From sequence record PX290280.1: DNA of 44,859 bases, one strand, 5' to 3'. Shown here in pieces: positions 1 to 6,768 of the stretch. The notes under the pieces were generated by a model, which was not told where the DNA came from, ran no database searches, and saw nothing but the letters and a program-made list of their open reading frames with translations. Position numbers and translations under genes: made by a program. The stretch is from a phage. How positions within the stretch are numbered: position 1 is the first letter of the stretch; the number at the start of each line of letters is the position of its first letter.

Positions 1-49
1 TCTGTTCGTTTCGTTCACTCCGCTTGCGCTACGTTCACTCGCTCACGTG

Positions 50-190
50 TACCTTAGGTTATTCCTTAATGGGTGGCTTAGGTTAGCCTTAGTGGGCTAC
101 CTTAGTTAAAGCCTTAGTGCTTAGCTTAGTATCAGCTTAGTAGTGTACCTTAGTAAGTCTTAGTGTCTTCTCTTAGTGATTGCATAGCTA
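50..190. repeat. Left-end array of short CTTAG(T/G) repeats
   Basis: Many closely spaced copies of ccttag/cttagt read directly in the first 200 nt; typical of T7-group genome termini. Confidence 0.6.
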
Positions 191-324
191 AAGCTATAAG
201 ATGCAATTAGGTCGCGGTCGGTAGACCGCTAAGAGTAGGTAATAGTAATAAGATGCAGTAGGAGGAACACCAGAAACCTAGCCAACCTAGTCTATGCTAG
301 CTCTGTATCTATTGCTTTGCCTTA

Positions 325-340
325 GTCTAACATGTGAGAC
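325..340. repeat. Degenerate copy of the 16-bp palindrome (gtctaacatgtgagac)
   Basis: One mismatch relative to the GTCTCACATGTGAGAC palindrome found at six other sites. Confidence 0.5.
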
Positions 341-374
341 AACCTAGATTTATCTTAGTGATGATAGCTTAGTA

Positions 375-403
375 TTGACAAGGTCGGTTTAGTGTAATAC
401 TAT
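375..403 (+). promoter_or_regulatory. Candidate host sigma70 early promoter
   Basis: TTGACA (375-380), 17-nt spacer, TACTAT (398-403), upstream of the first early ORFs. The -10 is weak. Confidence 0.35.
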
Positions 404-475
404 TCATCACGTAGGCAGCACTGAGGTGCTTAGTAGCCAGCTAGTAAGGCGTACGAAGAGACTAGTGCCTACATT

Positions 476-491
476 GCTCTTTAACAATCTG
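476..491 (+). promoter_or_regulatory. Conserved early-region element, copy A (GCTCTTTAACAATCTG)
   Basis: One of four copies of a 16-17 nt motif placed about 40-90 nt upstream of consecutive early start codons. Confidence 0.5.
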
Positions 492-546
492 CTTAGTGTA
501 ACCTATGTATGCCGTGGTTAATTACTTATTGAATGAGGTATTAACT

Positions 547-678
547 ATGAGTTTAGCAACGCTGAGTTATGAAGAAATGTATGCAGCCTACTACAACGCA
601 TTAGATGAAGGAGAAGAAGCATTGACCTTCGCTGAGTTTATGGAGGCTTTATGGAGTTTCTATCATGACTCTAAATAA
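547..678 (+). CDS. Hypothetical early protein (43 aa)
   Basis: ATG with GAGGT ribosome-binding site; first of a chain of overlapping small ORFs; below the ORF-track size cutoff. Confidence 0.45.
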   Translation: MSLATLSYEEMYAAYYNALDEGEEALTFAEFMEALWSFYHDSK

Positions 679-850
679 CCGTGAACTATCCGTTCTCTTC
701 ACTCTGTTATGCTACATGATTCGTAACAACGAATTGCTTACAGATGACGAGTTGGCACTATATCACCGCTTTCTTAACGAAGGTTGGACAGATACAGTTA
801 ACCAGAAACGTGACTTGATGAAGGAGTTAAGTAATGATTCAGTTGACTGA
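665..850 (+). CDS. Hypothetical early protein (61 aa)
   Basis: ORF track entry; GGAG upstream; overlaps the previous ORF by 14 nt. Confidence 0.5.
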   Translation: MTLNNRELSVLFTLLCYMIRNNELLTDDELALYHRFLNEGWTDTVNQKRDLMKELSNDSVD

Positions 851-989
851 AGACCAACTAAAGCAACTCTTAGTCGATGCGTGGTTTGCTGGCCATGAAA
901 CCTCGCAATACACACCTAACGCTTACGGCGATGCTAACAGATATGCACGTTCTACATTAAAGGAGGTTAAAGAGGATGTATCAGCATGA
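834..989 (+). CDS. Hypothetical early protein (51 aa)
   Basis: AAGGAG 7 nt upstream of ATG 834; overlaps neighbours at both ends. Confidence 0.45.
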   Translation: MIQLTEDQLKQLLVDAWFAGHETSQYTPNAYGDANRYARSTLKEVKEDVSA

Positions 990-1200
990 GGTTTTCTTTG
1001 AATCAGCTAAAGAAGCTATTCGATTGCATGATGATATGAAGTTAGCAGATATGAAGGTTGGCTTGACCAGCTTCCTGCTGGATTACAACATGGAATATCA
1101 CCGAGTTACCTTAGTATCTGAGTATGACAACCAAGTCATTACTGAGTATCTAGGCAGTGAAGATTACGATTACGATGAAGTAATCACAACAAATCTCTAA
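976..1200 (+). CDS. Hypothetical early protein (74 aa, acidic)
   Basis: AAGGAGG ribosome-binding site; ORF track entry. Confidence 0.6.
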   Translation: MYQHEVFFESAKEAIRLHDDMKLADMKVGLTSFLLDYNMEYHRVTLVSEYDNQVITEYLGSEDYDYDEVITTNL

Positions 1201-1208
1201 ATTAACTA

Positions 1209-1237
1209 TTGACAGCCACGGCATACAAGGTTACATT
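1209..1237 (+). promoter_or_regulatory. Candidate host sigma70 promoter
   Basis: TTGACA (1209-1214), 17-nt spacer, TACATT (1232-1237). Confidence 0.3.
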
Positions 1238-1270
1238 AAGCATCAAGACGGCGACGTCTTTAAACATCCC

Positions 1271-1287
1271 GCTCTTTAACAATCTGG
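1271..1287 (+). promoter_or_regulatory. Conserved early-region element, copy B (GCTCTTTAACAATCTGG)
   Basis: Preceded by a GC hairpin (aagacggcgacgtctt) and followed by TTGGTAGGCT and the start codon at 1327. Confidence 0.5.
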
Positions 1288-1326
1288 CTAGTGCCTTGGT
1301 AGGCTAACTACTTACTAAGGTGAACT

Positions 1327-1539
1327 ATGAACTACTGCGACATCGCTCACGAATTACGCATGGAACGTGAGAAACAAGAAAGGCGGATTATCAAGAAGAT
1401 GGCTGTACTGCTTGCACACTATAAGGCAGACAAACAGCCAACACATGATGAGTTCGTGGACTTCTGTAACATGTATCTTAATGTGAGTAAGGCCACTGGT
1501 TACAGATGGCTTAAAGCACTGAATGATGGAGAATTGTAG
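1327..1539 (+). CDS. Hypothetical early protein (70 aa), possible helix-turn-helix at the C-terminus
   Basis: AAGGTG ribosome-binding site; C-terminal SKATGYRWLKAL resembles a helix-turn-helix recognition helix. Confidence 0.55.
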   Translation: MNYCDIAHELRMEREKQERRIIKKMAVLLAHYKADKQPTHDEFVDFCNMYLNVSKATGYRWLKALNDGEL

Positions 1540-1582
1540 TAATAAGCCAGCTTAATAGCTGGCCTATCAAGGCACTAACCTA

Positions 1583-1599
1583 GCTCTTTAACAATCTGG
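1583..1599 (+). promoter_or_regulatory. Conserved early-region element, copy C
   Basis: Preceded by hairpin ccagcttaatagctgg plus cctatcaaggcac; the downstream 40 nt are nearly identical to copy B. Confidence 0.5.
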
Positions 1600-1638
1600 T
1601 TTGTGTCTTGATAGGCTTACTAACAAAGGTGGACTATC

Positions 1639-1803
1639 ATGACTAACGCACAACGTAAACGCTATGATTCATTGCAAGAGAAACTTGCTGTAGCTTATGC
1701 CGCTTGGCAAGCTAACACAGACAAGAGCAAACACGATAAACTTTATAGTAAAGTGGTTGCAATTAATGCTAAAATAGATAAACTTGTGAATAGTATCTTA
1801 TAA
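1639..1803 (+). CDS. Hypothetical early protein (54 aa)
   Basis: AAAGGTGG ribosome-binding site; below the ORF-track size cutoff. Confidence 0.5.
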   Translation: MTNAQRKRYDSLQEKLAVAYAAWQANTDKSKHDKLYSKVVAINAKIDKLVNSIL

Positions 1804-1845
1804 GATAGTTGCTGGCACTAGCCAGCCTATCAAGGCACAAGCCAC

Positions 1846-1862
1846 GCTCTTTAACAATATGG
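1846..1862 (+). promoter_or_regulatory. Conserved early-region element, copy D (GCTCTTTAACAATATGG)
   Basis: Preceded by hairpin gctggcactagccagc plus cctatcaaggcac. Confidence 0.5.
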
Positions 1863-1952
1863 GTAGTCGCTTCTTAGTCTGGATAGGTTAAACCTAGGGT
1901 ATTCTTTTGAGTGCCCTATAATGTAACCTAACTAACTAATGAGGATTAAATC

Positions 1953-2282
1953 ATGGAACGCAACGCTAACGCTTACTACAACCTTCTGGCTGCAACTGTT
2001 GAAGCATTCAACGAGCGCATCAAGCACGATGAGATTCGTGAAGATGATGATTACTCTGATGCACTGCATGAGGTTGTAGATAGCATGGTGCCAGTTTATT
2101 ACAGCGAAATCTTTACTGTGATGGCTGCTGATGGCATTGATGTTGATTTTGAAGATGCTGGTTTGATTCCTGATACGAAGGATGTAACCAAGATTCTACA
2201 AGCTCGCATCTATGAAGCTCTTTATAATGATGTACCAAATGACAGCGATGTAGTTTGGTATGAAGGCGAAGAAGAGGAATAA
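1953..2282 (+). CDS. ocr: Ocr-like DNA-mimic anti-restriction protein (T7 gene 0.3 homolog)
   Basis: 109-aa highly acidic protein. The segment [43 protein letters not shown] aligns with T7 Ocr as recalled ([43 protein letters not shown]). GAGGA ribosome-binding site. Confidence 0.8.
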   Translation: [109 protein letters not shown]

Positions 2283-2286
2283 TAAG

Positions 2287-2400
2287 ATGGAAAGGCAATA
2301 TAACTTCATCTTCTCAGACGGTGTAACCCTGAAATGTTCCTTACGATTTGCGCAGATTCGTGAGGAAGTGCTAGGTACTACATACAAACTATTTAGCTGA
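2287..2400 (+). CDS. Hypothetical small protein (37 aa)
   Basis: GAGGAA ribosome-binding site directly after the ocr stop codon. Confidence 0.4.
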   Translation: MERQYNFIFSDGVTLKCSLRFAQIREEVLGTTYKLFS

Positions 2401-2415
2401 CACTATAAGAGAAGG
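2391..2415 (+). promoter_or_regulatory. Degenerate phage-promoter-like sequence (ATTTAGCTGACACTATAAGAGAAGG)
   Basis: Matches the phage promoter core but has an extra A before the initiating G; upstream of the RNAP gene. Confidence 0.35.
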
Positions 2416-2476
2416 CTTAACAAGGCGTTGCTACGGTAGCGCCTGATTAAACTTTCACTTACTAGGAGTTGAGATT

Positions 2477-2662
2477 ATGAAAACCTTGATTGGATGCTTC
2501 TTGTTGGCTTCTCTTGCTCTGGCATTTACCGCTAAAGCTGGTTATGACGCTTATAAAGTAGAACAAGCCCAGCAAGACTGGGCCAAAAAGTTCAACTTGT
2601 GCAGCAAGAGCAACACCTACGAGTACTGCAACAAAACACTAAGACACTTATGGAAAGAGTAA
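2477..2662 (+). CDS. Small secreted protein (61 aa) with a signal peptide
   Basis: N-terminus MKTLIGCFLLASLALAFTAKA-GYD looks like a Sec signal peptide with an AKA cleavage site; mature part carries two Cys; AGGAG ribosome-binding site. Confidence 0.6.
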   Translation: MKTLIGCFLLASLALAFTAKAGYDAYKVEQAQQDWAKKFNLCSKSNTYEYCNKTLRHLWKE

Positions 2663-2725
2663 CTAGCCTATAGCCTACCTGAGTGGGCTATGTGATATTT
2701 ACTTACACTATATAAGGTGATTACT

Positions 2726-3610
2726 ATGACTACTGAAAACACCCTCGTGTCTGTCCGTGAAGCTGCAACCGCTGAAATCAAGCAACATTTAGACAATATC
2801 GGCACTTCTTACATCAAAGTTGGCGCTTGTCTGAATGAATTACGCGGTGATTTCGAAGGTCAAAAAGACTTTTTAGCTTATGTAGAATCAGAGTTCGGCA
2901 TCAAGAAGGCACAATGCTACAAGCTGATGAGTGTAGCCCGTGTCTTTGAAGGAGACGAACGCTTTAAAGGTGTGGCTATGCGTGTAATGCTGGCGCTTGT
3001 TCCTTTCGCTGATGAAAATATAATCATGGAGAAGGCCGCAGAACTCGCCGCAGCTGGCAAGCTGGACACTAATGCCGTAAACGCCCTGATTGAACCTAAG
3101 AAAGAGATAAAGACTGAAACGGTACAATCTAAGGCTGTGGCGGTAAAACCGCAGGAGAACGCGACTAAGGCCGCAGAATCACAGGAAATGCAAGCGCCGC
3201 AGGTAGTGACACCCGCGAGCGAGCAGGAGGCCGACGAATCAGCACCATGGGAAGAGGAAAGCAAGCCGGAAGCGCCAAAGGTAGCGCCGCTGGATAACAC
3301 GGCTAATACCGAAAACGCCGCTATGGCTAGCCTCTTAGCACAAATTAAGGCACTGACTGAGCAATTACAGGCAGCTAATGACCGCATCGCCTCCTTAAGT
3401 AGCGCACGCGAAAGCAAGAAGGCAGCCGCACCTATGCTGCCGCAATTCAAATCTTCCTGCTTCTATGCTCGCTTAGGTTTAAGCGCTGAGGAGGCAACGA
3501 AGAAAACAGCAGTTAACAAGGCACGCCGCGAACTGGTTAAGCTAGGCTATGGTGAAGGCCATGAAGCATGGCCCTTAATCTCTGAGGCAGTAGAAGAGTT
3601 GACTAAGTAA
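2726..3610 (+). CDS. Early protein with a KfrA/DUF3102-like N-terminal domain and an Ala/Glu/Lys-rich coiled-coil tail
   Basis: ATG 2726 with AAGGTGA ribosome-binding site (the track's GTG at 2717 is less likely). N-terminal FLAYVESEFGIKKAQCYKLMSVARVF resembles a DNA-binding domain; C-terminal half is low-complexity coiled coil. Confidence 0.6.
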   Translation: MTTENTLVSVREAATAEIKQHLDNIGTSYIKVGACLNELRGDFEGQKDFLAYVESEFGIKKAQCYKLMSVARVFEGDERFKGVAMRVMLALVPFADENIIMEKAAELAAAGKLDTNAVNALIEPKKEIKTETVQSKAVAVKPQENATKAAESQEMQAPQVVTPASEQEADESAPWEEESKPEAPKVAPLDNTANTENAAMASLLAQIKALTEQLQAANDRIASLSSARESKKAAAPMLPQFKSSCFYARLGLSAEEATKKTAVNKARRELVKLGYGEGHEAWPLISEAVEELTK

Positions 3611-3673
3611 CCTTATCGGTGGCATCTTCTTAGGTGTCACCTATTAAGGTTTCTTTCACTAGGAGTAAACAAG

Positions 3674-6301
3674 ATGCAAGACCTACACGCTATTCAACTT
3701 CAACTTGAAGAAGAAATGTTTAACGGCGGTATCCGTCGCTTTGAAGCGGACCAACAACGCCAGATTGCATCCGGTAATGAATCAGACACGGCATGGAATC
3801 GCCGCTTATTGTCCGAACTAATCGCACCTATGGCGGAAGGTATTCAGGCTTACAAGGAAGAATACGAAGGCAAGAGAGGTCGTGCACCACGTGCATTAGC
3901 TTTCATTAACTGCGTAGGAAACGAAGTGGCAGCATATATCACCATGAAAATCGTTATGGATATGCTGAATACAGACGTTACCTTACAAGCAATCGCTATG
4001 AATGTAGCGGACCGCATCGAAGACCAAGTACGTTTTAGCAAGCTGGAAGGTCACGCAGCTAAGTACTTTGAGAAAGTGAAGAAGTCACTTAAGGCTAGCA
4101 AGACTAAATCTTATCGTCATGCGCACAACGTAGCGGTAGTAGCTGAGAAATCTGTTGCTGACCGTGACGCGGATTTCTCCCGTTGGGAGGCATGGCCTAA
4201 AGACACCTTGCTGCAAATCGGTATGACCTTGCTCGAAATATTGGAGAATAGTGTATTCTTCAATGGTCAACCTGTCTTCCTTCGTACCTTGCGCACTAAC
4301 GGCGGAAAGCATGGTGTTTACTATTTACAGACCAGTGAACATGTTGGAGAGTGGATAACTGCATTTAAGGAACATGTAGCGCAGCTCAGCCCTGCCTATG
4401 CACCTTGCGTTATACCTCCCCGCCCTTGGGTATCACCTTTTAACGGTGGGTTTCATACTGAGAAAGTAGCAAGCCGTATTCGTCTGGTAAAAGGCAATCG
4501 TGAGCACGTCCGCAAGCTGACCAAAAAGCAAATGCCAGCCGTTTATAAGGCTGTTAACGCTTTGCAGGCAACTAAGTGGCAGGTTAATAAAGAGGTTTTA
4601 CAGGTTGTGGAGGACGTTATACGTCTAGACCTCGGCTATGGTGTGCCTTCCTTTAAACCACTCATCGACCGTGAGAACAAGCCAGCTAATCCAGTGCCGT
4701 TAGAGTTCCAGCACCTGCGAGGCCGTGAACTTAAAGAGATGCTAACGCCGGAACAATGGCAAGCCTTCATCAACTGGAAAGGCGAATGTACCAAGCTGTA
4801 TACCGCTGAAACTAAGCGCGGCAGCAAATCGGCGGCGACCGTCCGCATGGTTGGGCAGGCACGTAAATACAGCCAGTTTGACGCCATCTACTTCGTGTAT
4901 GCACTGGACAGCCGCAGCCGCGTCTACGCGCAATCTAGCACGCTCTCTCCGCAATCAAACGACTTAGGCAAGGCATTGCTCCGTTTTACCGAAGGGCAGC
5001 GTCTTGATAGCGCTGAGGCGCTTAAGTGGTTTTTGGTGAACGGGGCTAATAACTGGGGTTGGGATAAGAAAACTTTTGACGTGCGCACCGCTAACGTGCT
5101 GGATAGTGAATTTCAAGACATGTGCCGCGACATTGCAGCGGATCCGCTTACCTTCACTCAATGGGTAAATGCCGACTCCCCTTACGGCTTCCTTGCATGG
5201 TGCTTTGAATATGCGCGTTATCTGGATGCACTGGATGAAGGCACGCAAGACCAATTCATGACGCACCTCCCAGTCCATCAAGATGGTAGTTGCTCTGGTA
5301 TCCAGCACTATAGCGCGATGTTACGCGATGCAGTAGGTGCGAAAGCGGTAAACCTTAAGCCCTCTGACTCCCCTCAAGATATTTATGGTGCCGTTGCGCA
5401 GGTAGTAATTCAGAAGAATTATGCATACATGAATGCAGAGGATGCGGAAACCTTCACTTCTGGCAGCGTGACTTTAACAGGTGCGGAACTGCGTAGCATG
5501 GCTAGTGCGTGGGATATGATAGGAATCACTCGCGGCCTGACCAAAAAGCCCGTAATGACACTACCTTATGGCAGCACACGTCTAACCTGCCGTGAGTCAG
5601 TGATTGATTATATCGTTGATTTAGAAGAAAAAGAGGCCCAACGGGCTATTGCGGAAGGGCGTACCGCCAACCCTGTACATCCTTTTGATAATGACCGTAA
5701 GGACAGCCTGACACCTAGCGCAGCTTATAACTATATGACAGCTTTAATCTGGCCTTCTATTTCGGAAGTGGTTAAAGCTCCTATAGTGGCAATGAAAATG
5801 ATTCGTCAGCTTGCACGTTTCGCAGCTAAAAGAAACGAAGGCTTAGAATATCCCTTACCAACTGGCTTCATCTTGCAACAAAAGATAATGGCTACCGATA
5901 TGCTCCGCGTATCCACTTGCTTGATGGGTGAAATCAAGATGAGTCTCCAGATTGAAACAGATGTAGTTGATGAAACGGCAATGATGGGTGCGGCTGCTCC
6001 TAACTTCGTCCATGGTCACGATGCTAGCCACCTGATTCTGACTGTATGTGACCTAGTGGATAAAGGTATTACATCCATTGCAGTCATCCATGATTCTTTC
6101 GGTACTCATGCAGGACGTACCGCAGACCTGCGGGATAGCTTAAGGGAAGAAATGGTTAAGATGTATCAAAACCATAATGCCCTGCAAAACCTGCTAGATG
6201 TGCACGAAGAGCGTTGGTTAGTAGACACCGGAATCCAAGTACCAGAGCAAGGAGAGTTTGACCTTAACGAAATCTTAGTTTCAGACTATTGTTTCGCATA
6301 A
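3674..6301 (+). CDS. Single-subunit DNA-directed RNA polymerase (SP6-type)
   Basis: 875 aa; N-terminus [32 protein letters not shown] and much of the body match SP6 RNA polymerase as recalled; T7-RNAP-family segments [18 protein letters not shown] and IHDSFGTHA are present. Confidence 0.95.
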   Translation: MQDLHAIQLQLEEEMFNGGIRRFEADQQRQIASGNESDTAWNRRLLSELIAPMAEGIQAYKEEYEGKRGRAPRALAFINCVGNEVAAYITMKIVMDMLNTDVTLQAIAMNVADRIEDQVRFSKLEGHAAKYFEKVKKSLKASKTKSYRHAHNVAVVAEKSVADRDADFSRWEAWPKDTLLQIGMTLLEILENSVFFNGQPVFLRTLRTNGGKHGVYYLQTSEHVGEWITAFKEHVAQLSPAYAPCVIPPRPWVSPFNGGFHTEKVASRIRLVKGNREHVRKLTKKQMPAVYKAVNALQATKWQVNKEVLQVVEDVIRLDLGYGVPSFKPLIDRENKPANPVPLEFQHLRGRELKEMLTPEQWQAFINWKGECTKLYTAETKRGSKSAATVRMVGQARKYSQFDAIYFVYALDSRSRVYAQSSTLSPQSNDLGKALLRFTEGQRLDSAEALKWFLVNGANNWGWDKKTFDVRTANVLDSEFQDMCRDIAADPLTFTQWVNADSPYGFLAWCFEYARYLDALDEGTQDQFMTHLPVHQDGSCSGIQHYSAMLRDAVGAKAVNLKPSDSPQDIYGAVAQVVIQKNYAYMNAEDAETFTSGSVTLTGAELRSMASAWDMIGITRGLTKKPVMTLPYGSTRLTCRESVIDYIVDLEEKEAQRAIAEGRTANPVHPFDNDRKDSLTPSAAYNYMTALIWPSISEVVKAPIVAMKMIRQLARFAAKRNEGLEYPLPTGFILQQKIMATDMLRVSTCLMGEIKMSLQIETDVVDETAMMGAAAPNFVHGHDASHLILTVCDLVDKGITSIAVIHDSFGTHAGRTADLRDSLREEMVKMYQNHNALQNLLDVHEERWLVDTGIQVPEQGEFDLNEILVSDYCFA

Positions 6302-6308
6302 TATTAAT

Positions 6309-6340
6309 AGGCCATTCCTTAGGGAGTGGCCTTTTTCTTT
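6309..6340 (+). terminator. Intrinsic-type terminator after the RNAP gene
   Basis: 10-bp stem aggccattcc / ggagtggcct with a 4-nt loop, followed by TTTTTCTTT. Confidence 0.6.
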
Positions 6341-6374
6341 ACCTACTACCTGTAACATTTCATTAACATAAAGT

Positions 6375-6390
6375 GTCTCACATGTGAGAC
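6375..6390. repeat. 16-bp palindrome GTCTCACATGTGAGAC
   Basis: Perfect inverted repeat, ending 2 nt before the phage promoter at 6393. Confidence 0.8.
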
Positions 6391-6392
6391 TT

Positions 6393-6415
6393 ATTTACCG
6401 GACACTATAGGATAG
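6393..6415 (+). promoter_or_regulatory. Phage RNAP promoter (ATTTACCGGACACTATAGGATAG)
   Basis: Matches the 23-nt consensus shared by 12 sites. Confidence 0.7.
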
Positions 6416-6419
6416 CCGT

Positions 6420-6530
6420 CGGAGACGGGAAAGAAAGGGAAGATAAAGGATATAAAGGAAGTAATAGGTATTAAAGGTTATATAGGTTATCTAGGAATAC
6501 CTAGGAATACCTATTACCTTCTTCCTTCCT
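6420..6530. other. AT-rich iteron-like region between two phage promoters (candidate primary replication origin)
   Basis: Reiterated ATAAAGGA / ATAGGT motifs and a tandem CTAGGAATAC x2 (6491-6510), flanked by promoters at 6393 and 6587; same position as the T7 primary origin. Confidence 0.4.
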
Positions 6531-6565
6531 CTTATTACCACTTAGAGGAAGGGCAGACCTAGGTT

Positions 6566-6581
6566 GTCTCACATGTGAGAC
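6566..6581. repeat. 16-bp palindrome GTCTCACATGTGAGAC
   Basis: Perfect copy, ending 5 nt before the promoter at 6587; preceded by AAGGGCAGACCTAGGTT, which recurs at 44438-44454. Confidence 0.8.
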
Positions 6582-6586
6582 TTCGT

Positions 6587-6609
6587 ATTTACCGGACAGT
6601 ATAGATAAG
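6587..6609 (+). promoter_or_regulatory. Phage RNAP promoter variant (ATTTACCGGACAGTATAGATAAG)
   Basis: Consensus match with a C-to-G change in the core (GACAGTATAG). Confidence 0.55.
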
Positions 6610-6636
6610 ACTAACTCACTTTGGAGATTTTTAACC

Positions 6637-6765
6637 ATGCGTAACTTTGAGAAGATGACCCGTAAAGCTAACCGTTTTGACACGGAAGAAGGGCAGACGA
6701 AAGGCAAGAAGCTGAATAAACCTGTCCGTGACCGTGCATCTAAACGCGCTGCGTGGGAGTTCTAA
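6637..6765 (+). CDS. Hypothetical small basic protein (42 aa)
   Basis: GGAGA ribosome-binding site; immediately upstream of the primase gene. Confidence 0.45.
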   Translation: MRNFEKMTRKANRFDTEEGQTKGKKLNKPVRDRASKRAAWEF

Positions 6766-6768
6766 GTT

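Noticed and set aside
1548-1566. The GC hairpins upstream of the early elements as intrinsic terminators
   Set aside because: The stems are followed by CCTATCAAGGCAC and not a U-rich tract, so they are more likely processing or structural elements.
2917-3450. 177-aa minus-strand ORF opposite the early protein gene
   Set aside because: Antisense to a GC- and Ala-rich coding region, which keeps reverse frames open by chance; no ribosome-binding site.
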